From: Eledone cirrhosa
Lineage: Eukaryota
Assembly: GCA_964016885.1 (NCBI GenBank)
Contig: OZ024743.1
Location: 263,128,001-263,192,000, forward strand
DNA length: 64,000 nucleotides
Direction: 5' to 3'
In this document: positions 54,062 to 64,000 of the stretch, piece after piece
Layout of the letters: each line of letters starts with the position of its first letter
Numbering within the stretch: position 1 is the first letter of the stretch
Made by a program: the position numbers and the translations under genes
Notes under the pieces: generated by a model
The model's input: only the letters and a program-made list of their open reading frames with translations
Databases searched by the model: none
What the model was told of the DNA's origin: nothing

Positions 54062-55942
54062 GTGTTTGTGTGTGCGTGTGTAAAAGGTAAACACAAATAA
54101 CAAAATTAACAAATAAATAAACGTATAAATAAATAAACAATTAAACAAAAACACACACATACACACACACACGCACGCACGCACGCACGCGCGCGCACAC
54201 ACACACACAAACCCGAATATAACACATGCAGCCCAAGTACATAGCTCACAAAAACAAGACAGAACAAATGAGAGTCACAAAAGTAGTCACTGGGGAGGTC
54301 ACCGAATGTGTGACGAAAGAGCTTTGATGACAATTAACAACTAAACAACCATCCGGTTATTAAACTAACCGACTGCGAAATAATAATAATAAATTGAAGT
54401 GAAATCCAACAGGTGCATGTAATTTTTATTGCAAGCATGACCCTCCCAAAGTATAACAATGATTAAGTATCCACGCCCACCCCGATAAAATTTCAGGCCC
54501 TGCACCTGATAGAAATAATTATTATTATATTGTTATCTATGTTGCTGTTTACCTTCAGGTTAACTTTAAATAAACCAACATATGATAAAAGACTTTCTAA
54601 CTGTGACCATTCATTTTTCTGAGTTTTTTTCAAGCATTATGTATCTTGAATTACATTATCCGTTCTGTGCTTCCATTATTTTCTGGGAGCTGGGTGTGAA
54701 TTGATGGAGATTTTGCTGCTATTTCTAGCAGATAGTGTCTAACACATAGAGGCCCCCGTGTCGGTTTGCTTATTAATATAGCAAATGCTAAAGTGCGCCA
54801 AGTAGTATGATAATTAAATTTAGGCGTATACTTTGTCACTATGTAACGTCAGGTAATATTACATAGGAAAAATAATTATTTTATGCTACCGATAAAAAAC
54901 ATTGAAATGGATACTAATTTTGAAAGCAAAATGCATATTACCTTAGGATTAATAAAACAAAATTCTCATTTATATATTTGCAATGAATATATGTTATCAA
55001 TAAACATTTCTCTCTTCTCACTCTCTTAAACCGTAACTCCCGGTAGAGTCGTAGGGACATACAGTGTTCCTTGGGTTCTTTTAAGACCTGGCGGAGCCCA
55101 TCTTCTCTCCAGGTTTGAACACAGCAATTTTTTTCTAGAGTAGGAGAGAGAGTGAAAGAAAGAGAGAGAGACAGAGAAGAGTCTCCAGTACTGGGTTGGT
55201 ACTTTTTTTATCAACCTCGAAAGGATGAAAGGCGAAGTAGTTGACCTCTGCGGAATTTGAACCCAGAGCGTAGAGAGACGGAATGAATACTGCAAAGCAT
55301 TCTATTCGATATTCTTACGACTCTGCCAATACGACGCATTCAACAATACAATTAATGCTGTAATAAACTGATATTGAGTTTCGGGTGGGATGGGGGAGTT
55401 TATAAAAATACTTCTGCTTGAGCAATTATTTTTATATAACTTAAATATTCAAATCATCATACCAATAAAAATAGTTGAACAAATGAATATCTGAAAAACA
55501 AATGAGAATAAATAACTTTGTAATTCATTTATACACACGCTACAAGCTTACGATCTTTATTCATACTTCCTAATTATACATACATACATACATACGCGCA
55601 CACACATACACACACATATATAAACAAATATATATACCTACAAAATGCTCAATGGAAATTCCAGAGCCGACATATGCGTTAAACTGTTGTAAGGCAACAG
55701 GAACTCCCGCAGGAAAGCATAGGAAAATTTATGATTCAACATCTTAACTTAGGAAAATGTTAAAGTACTCAATTGTTTGAATAAATCAGTATCTCCATCG
55801 ATTAAGATAGAAAGCTGCTGGGATGCACACACAGACACACACGCACACACACACGCACACGCACGCATACACATGGACACATGCGCACACACACACACAC
55901 ACGCACGCACACACGCACACGCACGCATACACATGGACACAT

Positions 55943-56004
<62 letters not shown>

Positions 56005-56087
56005 TTCTAAATAGTAATGTAGTAGTGACGTCAAAGATAAATATATATATATAATAAAAAAATTCTTCTTCTTCATTTCAATACAGA

Positions 56088-56290
56088 GGTGCATTGGCAG
56101 TAGAGCGCCAGACAAAATGCTTTTGGGTATTACAGTTTTCTATGTTCTAAATTCAATTCCCACCGGAGTCAACTTTGCCTTTCATCCTTCCGGGGTTGAT
56201 AAAACAAAACACTTGTCAAGTACTGGGTCGATACAATCGCCTCCATTGTCCGAAATTGCTGACCTTGTACCTAAAGTAAAAATTATTATT
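56088..56290 (+). mobile_element. Old SINE abutting the SLC26 acceptor site
   Basis: ttggcagtagagcgccagac head, aattcaattccc B-box remnant, gcctttcatccttccggggttgataaaa core, tail ccttgtacctaaagtaaaaattattatt. Confidence 0.85.
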
Positions 56291-56369
56291 TTCATTACAG
56301 AGAATCCTGAATATAATCTAGAGGAAGAAATTCTCTCATATCATTCCACTTCATTCAAAGGCACCGAAA

Positions 56370-56697
56370 ATGTGCGATTCGAACACGGAACTGAACTTGC
56401 TAAAAGTTAACGGTGGAGTAACCGAACCGAACCCACAGATAGAAATTCGTCGACCTGCCTATAACACGACTGGATTCCGTGAAAAATTCCGTAAGGCTAA
56501 AACAGCAGAGAAGACATTCAAGGAAAATGTCGGAGAAAAAGTGCGAAGTTGTACAAGCTGTTCCAAAGAAAGATTGAAGCAAATTGTAATCGATATTTTC
56601 CCGTTTCTCAGAATTCTAAAGAAATACAATTGGAAGACGGATTTACCTAATGATCTGGTTTCTGGACTTACAGTGGGTATCATGCAGTTACCTCAGG
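56370..56697 (+). CDS. SLC26: SLC26 family anion transporter (prestin/pendrin-like), first coding exon; exon probably begins at 56301 with a short 5'-UTR
   Basis: Translates MCDSNTEL...IFPFLRILKKYNWKTDLPNDLVSGLTVGIMQLPQ-G, the typical SLC26/SulP N-terminus into TM1 (DxxSGLTVGxxQLPQG). Acceptor ttcattacAG at 56299-56300; donor CAG G|GTTAGT at 56698 (phase 1). Confidence 0.93.
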
Positions 56698-56765
56698 GTT
56701 AGTATATGACATCTTTCTCTTTCTCTTTCTCCCCCTACTTTCTCTCTCTCTCTCTCTCTCTCTCT

Positions 56766-56815
<50 letters not shown>

Positions 56816-57234
56816 CCTGCTTACCCCCTCTTCACTATCACGTGATACTGAAAGTTGAGCTTAGTACTGTAATGGTGAGGTCAAACCAAGACAGCAGGTT
56901 CGTACTGGCCTATTCCGAAGAGGCTAATTCCTCGCTGATGAAGCTGCTCTTAGCCAATTACGTAATGCTTAATAGCATTACCTAATTTCTGTGCACGCCA
57001 GCTCCATATGGACTCTCACCAGCAGATGGAGTAGCAAAAAGTAATGCATTAGTTTCGGGCCAGAAATTCAAATTCTATACCTACACGAAATCGTTTTTCT
57101 CACTATTTAATCTATAAGTATGCACCCTGCTTTCCTGTTGGTTGATATCTTAATGATACTGGCTTAATTAAAGCATTGAGTAAGTGGGAAAACGATCGAA
57201 GGTATTTCGGTCATATTGGACGACATAGCTTCAG

Positions 57235-57272
<38 letters not shown>

Positions 57273-58017
57273 ATAATATTAATAAATGGAAACTATCTTT
57301 ATAAAACCATATTTATTTTATTATATATATTTCAAGGGTACCAACATTTTTGGTACGCTCTAATCAGATAAAATACAAAAGTTGTTTTACAGATAGTGAC
57401 ATATTCAAAACAAGAACTTCGCGTTTTGAGTTCTATATATTTAGTGAAAGAGTGAAGAATAACATGGTCGGCTGTACAAAAAAGGTTTTATCTACAGTAT
57501 TAACAATTGTTTCATTGATAAGGTGAGTCTAAAGGCCGCTAATCACTCGAAGTTGCGTCACTCGACCTTAAATACAATGTGTTTCTCTGATCAAATCATC
57601 GGAATACTACTATTACTCCAATAATAACCTGCATGGGAATTCTTTCTCGCAAACTCGCTACCTAACTAAGGAAACCTCTTGTTGAGTCAAACAACGCCGT
57701 ACGTTAAAACTATCCATTGTACAGAGTACTCACAACCTCTAACTGGACTACCTAAAACGATAACGTGTTATCCCATATATATATATTATATATATATATA
57801 TGAGTGTCTTGTAGTTTGCTTGAAACAAGCAAACAAGTAAAGTGTAGAAAACTGTTTTGTTTGAAAGCTACCACTATGTGAATTGGACGTCTAAAGAATG
57901 CAAGGTAACATCCCAACATCATTGTTTTCATCTTAGTTTTACTATTTTCCGTCCAACTCAGGTTGTGGTAGCTTTCAAACAAAACATTATTTTCTACCAA
58001 TTTTTCTCTCTCTCTCA

Positions 58018-58135
<118 letters not shown>

Positions 58136-58400
58136 CGAAGGAAATGTGGTAAGGAACCAGATGGGCCATAACGCACCATAACGCTTGTTTCAAGCAAACT
58201 ACAAGACACTCATATATATATAATATATATATATGGGATAACACGTTATCGTTTTAGGTAGTCCAGTTAGAGGTTGTGAGTACTCTGTACAATGGATAGT
58301 TTTAACGTACGGCGTTGTTTGACTCAACAAGAGGTTTCCTTAGTTAGGTAGTGAGTTTGCGAGAAAGAATTCCCATGCAGGTTATTATTGGAGTAATAGT

Positions 58401-58513
58401 AGTATTCCGATGATTTGATCAGAGAAACACACTGTATTTAAGGTCGAGTGACGCAACTTCGAGTGATTAGCGGCCTTTAGACTCACCTTATCAATGAAAC
58501 AATTGTTAATACT
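58401..58513 (+). ncRNA. Hammerhead-like motif with extended stem II and a CCGAUGA core (mirror at 57496-57608, minus)
   Basis: AGTATT-CCGATGA-TTTGAT...(~75 nt)...ATCAAT-GAAA-CAATTG-TT-AATACT. Confidence 0.55.
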
Positions 58514-58633
58514 GTAGATAAAACCTTTTTTGTACAGCCGACCATGTTATTCTTCACTCTTTCACTAAATATATAGAACTCAAAACGCGAAGTTCTTGTT
58601 TTGAATATGTCACTATCTGTAAAACAACTTTTG

Positions 58634-58695
58634 TATTTTATCTGATTAGAGCGTACCAAAAATGTTGGTACCCTTGAAATATATATAATAAAATA
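58634..58695 (+). ncRNA. Degenerate hammerhead motif with a CUGAUUA core
   Basis: TATTTTAT-CTGATTA-GAGCGTACCAA aaatg TTGGTACCCTT-GAAA-TATATA-TA-ATAAAATA. Confidence 0.55.
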
Positions 58696-58736
58696 AATAT
58701 GGTTTTATAAAGATAGTTTCCATTTATTAATATTAT

Positions 58737-58772
<36 letters not shown>

Positions 58773-59038
58773 CTGAAGCTATGTCGTCCAATATGACCGA
58801 AATACCTTCGATCGTTTTCCCACTTACTCAATGCTTTAATTAAGCCAGTATCATTAAGATATCAACCAACAGGAAAGCAGGGTGCATACTTATAGATTAA
58901 ATAGTGAGAAAAACGATTTCGTGTAGGTATAGAATTTGAATTTCTGGCCCGAAACTAATGCATTACTTTTTGCTACTCCATCTGCTGGTGAGAGTCCATA
59001 TGGAGCTGGCGTGCACAGAAATTAGGTAATGCTACTCG

Positions 59039-59107
<69 letters not shown>

Positions 59108-59585
59108 CGAATGAATGATTAACACGGATAAGCGATACAACAAGGTTTTATTCCAAGCATTAACATATATTTCATTGCCTGGTATGCAATCAATTGTATC
59201 TTAAAATCGCTATCTACAATGTTACTGCGAAACTCGGTTTTAAATACTGCTTATACCAGGCAAATTATCAAAACACTGATTTTGGAATCAGCGATACAAC
59301 GGTTTTGCACTGAGTCATATAAACGTTAAGATGAAAGACAAAATAAATAAATTTAGGGATTCATATGTTTGGTGGGCAATACTTGAAGTAGGGAAATACA
59401 AAATAAAATAATATGATAATAAAAGTGAAGAATGAGATATACAAAGTATGTTATAAAATAAAATGAAACAACGCCGCACTCTTAAAATCCTCCACTGTAC
59501 AGATTACTCGTAAACTTTCCTTCGATAATATCGTTTACTCTGATTGACACATACGCACACACACATACACACACATACACACACA

Positions 59586-59637
<52 letters not shown>

Positions 59638-60199
59638 CATATATGTTTATATATATATATATTGGCAGATTCGTTCGTCGGGTAAAATTCTTTGCGGTAT
59701 TCGTTCCAGAACTTGGTGTTCTGATTTCAAATTTGAGTTCAGAGCCTGAAGCCAATTCCTCTTTCTTTCTGAGAGAAATCGGCTGACGTCAAACCTTGAG
59801 AGAGGTGGGCTCTACCACGTTTAAAACACCCAAGGCACGTTCTGACGCAAAGTGCTCCTACCCTTCCATTAGAAGTTGAGGGCTTCGTAGGCCTAGCATA
59901 TCGAATATATGGAGTACACCTTTTCTTTAATACATTTTGAATAGAAAACACTACTTTGTTATAGATTTATTCTTTTTATTAAGTTTTTAGAAATATTTTG
60001 GTATAGTTTCCTTGCAGTTTGTTTTGAACAGTAAAATTCCTAGATATATCGTCAAGGTTTCTTGATCCTCATAGTCATATGATCGGGATGAAATGATGTT
60101 AGTGTGTGTTGTTGCCCTTTTATAGCAGGCAAGGATATTATAATTTATATAGACATCATCACCGAAATTTCAATTTTGACCGTTAAATTTCCACATTAT

Positions 60200-61810
60200 T
60201 AGTAAGTGTTTATTTTTGTTTGTGACTAATGTATGTACTTTGCGTTCTTATTTCAGCATTGTGTTCTGAATTGCTTCTATAAGTAATCGTCTACTTTTGT
60301 GGGGACTTCTGTAAATTATAGATGTGTTGTCAATGAATATTTTTCCATGTAGTTTTGTTTTGTGTTGTGTGGTTTAATACATTGTATTTGACACTTGTAG
60401 CCGATGTAATGTATTGTCCTTGTATGGCCAAACACAATACTTAGAGTTTACAACTTTCCAATTTGTAGTTGAATTTATATATCACATTTATATATACAAT
60501 TAATTGGAAGAAACGGGATTTATCAAAAGTGAAAACGGAAGAAAGGATATTTACCAAAAGTAAAAACGGAATTAAGGAACATTTTAAACGGAAAATCTAT
60601 CCCCTACATTTTGTATGTTTAAAAAAAAAAAAGCCGCCTATCAGCTGTATTGCAAATTAGCATGATAACTGATGGAAATCACGCCCCGCCATATTATTTT
60701 TGCCCCATTGTGTCTTTCATTCGGGACGTAATATCCCTTTTGTGTCCTTGAGTTTGAGGCGCCTGTTCTAGGGTTAACATGATTCTGGATGTTTTCTCGG
60801 TATTTTGTAGAATATTTTTAGTTTATGGTTTGGTGCAATGTATTTTATCAAGTTTCCGACGAATTCACCTGCTCTATAATTATTATGCATATGATTCGTA
60901 TAATATATTTTAATAGGTCTCTGGTGTATTTGCTGTGATGATGCGATGGCCTAGTCTATTCGTGTGTAAGAAAAGCAATAGTTGGCTAGTGTTTGTTTTA
61001 TTCTGAGTAATTTGTTATCTAGTGCTTCGTTTGTGGAGGGGAATATACATTCTCTTCTGCATATTGATTATATTATTGACCGCGTATCTACGTAGACATT
61101 CGTTGTATTTACATATGCATATGTATTTATTTGTATCTTACATGTAAACCATCGTGCTTATTTTCTGTCTGAATGTTTATGTCTGGAGTCATTATATGGC
61201 TAGAATTTGTACTTTTGCTGTTTTGGTGTTCAACTTTAGTACGAAATTGTTTTCTAGGTCTATCTTCAATTCCTTGAAATCTTCTCATGTGCCCATTATG
61301 ACGAACCTAATATATTTATGAGATGAAAGAATGGTATTTAACTAATGTAATGGTACGCGATGGGGCCCACCCACAATATATTGTCTACATACTTGGTGTG
61401 CATCGTATGTTTATGTCCTTCCACCATTTTTTTCTATTGTAATCACGTGGACCCATAGTTTCTCTATATTTTTGTTTACATAATTTACTTTGTGGAGAGC
61501 AAAAGAGTATTTCTCTAGAGTAGGACACTAATAATTTCTTCAGTATGTCAGCTGTTATCGTGAGTAGTTTAATTCTTTGGTGTTCCTATAAAATAATTAA
61601 TATAGTTTCTATTACTTCTACTGTTGGAAACATCTCAGACGAGGATATTACCTACTTCATTGGTTTCTTTTAAGATCGCTAGGAACTCTAAGATTGACCA
61701 TGTGTCATGTTGCCTCCGTTTAGTTTCTTTGATAAGGTTATCTGATTGTTTAATAATCTTTGGGTTGGTGTGTTTATTTGAGATGTTGGAGATTGTTCTG
61801 TTTGTGTATA
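60200..61810 (-). mobile_element. Possible highly decayed retroelement (PLE-like RT) remnant
   Basis: Strand-biased composition and weak motif remnants (DNILWVG near 61365-61385); not a confident match. Confidence 0.25.
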
Positions 61811-63441
61811 TTTGTCTATAGGTAACTCCTGGTGAAATTGTAAGAGTGCCACAGTAACACACGGCGTTTCTTAGGCACTTTTTAAAACCTGGCAGAGCCC
61901 ATCACCTCTCTAGGTCTGAATACAACCAATTTCTTCTTATTCTTCTTCTTCTTCTTCTGGAAAGAGAGAGGAATCTATCTCAATACTGGACTGGACAGGT
62001 AATTTTTTCCACGACCTCACAAGGATGAAAAGCAAAGTTGACCTCGGCGAAATTTAAACGCAACGCGTAGAGACCTTTCACAAACGTTATAAAGATTTCT
62101 ATCCGGCGTTCTAACGACTATGCGAATTCGCCACGTATTGTGTATATTTACGTGCTGGGGTGAATTCTTCCCCTGTGCGGGGTGAAATAAGGTGGTCATA
62201 TTTGTACGTTTATCGCTGGAATTAAATTATTCAATCTAACCTTCTTATAAATTTGTTTTTGTTGTTGAGTAAATTGTTAACCGTTACATTATATTTCTTT
62301 TGTTACTCTTACATATAATATGTCGGATCTGTCCTTGATAACTTAAAACATCTACGCTTTCAATTATCATAGTTTGGATACATTACATTCAATCTATCTT
62401 TGAAATGTGCATAATTCAATACATCCATCTAAATTTCATATCCTTGGGTGGCTGTATATGCTCAATGATGTGTGTTTAAATTAGCAAATAATCTGATGGC
62501 ACTTATTTTCTCGTCAGTCATGGTTGGCCGGTGGCTTCTTTGTGAAAAGCAGTCCAGTCCTTTAAAAAGTTGTATTTTTAATCCAACTAAGTGCCCACAC
62601 ACACCTCTCACCCAGTAAACTGAGTGTCGTTAGAGCGGTTTATGCCCCGAATATCCGACCATAAGATAGGTTGTACTGGGTTAGATTGTACCAGTAACTT
62701 ATAGAGCTTAACATCCTGGCCTGTAATACATTTTCTAACATAAAATTATTTATAGAAGGATAAATGTTAATATACTCTCATTACATTAACAAAGGGGGCG
62801 AACGGAATGAGCTTCAATGTAGACAATGTACCTCTAGAAATATCAGTCAAATTTCCTTGAAACATTACTATTTAGAAGTAGATGAATAAGTCGTTGTGTC
62901 CTTCACTGCTATTGCCATAAAATCAACGATAAAGTTTGTAAGAGAGAGGCTAACGGTATTTGTCTTCTGAGGAACAGTCAACTATATATGAAAAATATAA
63001 ATCTGTTCACACTTGTACATTTTCACAAATTGGATTATAAAAAGTACATTAAATTTATCTTAGATTTTATAATATACGTTGTGTTATGCGTAAATAATTA
63101 TTTGATTACTTATTTGATTAATTACGTTGGCACACGATTGCACGTTATGCATAGACAGATCATTCAACTTGGGTTCTGGTTTATGGCTTATGTTTGATAT
63201 AAACAGCTATTGCAATACGTTCTGTTCGTACGTAGAATGTCTTCTTATAAAGATGTAATTTTAATCTATTATGCTTTCTATGTACAAAGAGAACAACAAA
63301 GTATGTTTACACTTATTGATTCCTACAAAGAGACTTATAAAAAAAGAAAAAAATACTATAGTCTTACCTACTTTAATTTATTTTACATTTTGAATATTAC
63401 TATAGTTTATTTGTTTTCCTCTACAAAATGTAAATTTACAG

Positions 63442-63552
63442 GAATGGCGTATGCTCTTCTGGCTGATCTTCCACCCATTGTTGGTCTCTATGTATCCTTT
63501 TTCCCTCTCCTCACGTATTTCTTCTTCGGAACATCAAGACAGGCAGCTATGG
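63442..63552 (+). CDS. SLC26: SLC26 family anion transporter, next coding exon (111 nt); gene continues beyond the window
   Basis: Acceptor tttacAG (63440-41), donor ATG G|GTAAGT (63553). Joins in phase with the previous exon (G|GA = Gly) to give [38 protein letters not shown], the SLC26 sulfate-transporter signature region. Confidence 0.95.
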
Positions 63553-64000
63553 GTAAGTATAAATACTTTAAAAGATATATCACCTTGATCACCTTGACCG
63601 ACCAGTCTGACGGGCGCCAATCGGCGCCGCTGGTCACAGTACGTCGTGCTGTTTTAGCCATAAGATAACGCCATCCCATTGGCTGGGCGGGAAGGCTGGT
63701 ACTCATTTCTACAGCTGAGTAAACTGGAGCAACGTGAAATAAAGTGTCTTGCTCAAGGAAACAACACATCACCCGGTCCGAGAATTGAACTCACAACCTT
63801 TCGATTGCAAGCCCAATGCTCTAACCACTAAGCCATGCGATATATACACATACATACATACATACATACATACATACATACATACACCTTGCAAGCAGGG
63901 AAAAGCGGACGCAAAATGATGATGAAAAAATGATGATGATATATATCAGACTTCTGTTAGCGCTAACAGAAGTCTGATGAGCTTTTGATTCCAGAGTTGG

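Noticed and set aside
57855-57984. 20-bp inverted repeat in the spacer of the large duplication as part of its mechanism
   Set aside because: Looks like an older independent MITE-like or fold-back remnant; it is not at either junction.
63210-63668. 152-aa ORF as a whole gene
   Set aside because: Only 63442-63552 is SLC26-like and is bounded by splice sites; the rest is intron read-through.

Overview
AT-rich, repeat-dominated eukaryotic genomic DNA, most likely an octopod cephalopod (inferred from the tRNA-derived SINE families and the very long (TA)n/(CA)n/(TATG)n tracts). The only host gene I can support is the 5' part of a + strand SLC26 (prestin/pendrin-like) anion transporter: coding exons 56370-56697 and 63442-63552, with candidate 5'-UTR exons near 48.1-48.6 kb. 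The rest is mostly mobile DNA: about 25 SINE copies, decayed Penelope-like retroelements (PLEs) of at least two clades (Naiad-like and Neptune-like), R4/Dong-like and RTE LINE fragments, a solo LTR, hAT MITEs, a mariner relic and Helitron-like elements. Most ORFs in the supplied track are microsatellite artefacts. The most striking hidden structure is a dense set (more than 12 motifs, several unrelated families) of minimal type I hammerhead ribozymes (CUGAnGA - stem II - GAAA - palindromic loop - UH). They sit in short cassettes inserted into (TA)n, and many form fold-back palindromes with both 3' ends facing outward. One insertion apparently copied about 855 bp of neighbouring SLC26 intron in inverted orientation, creating a near-perfect long hairpin in the pre-mRNA. 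All calls are by eye and element boundaries are approximate.
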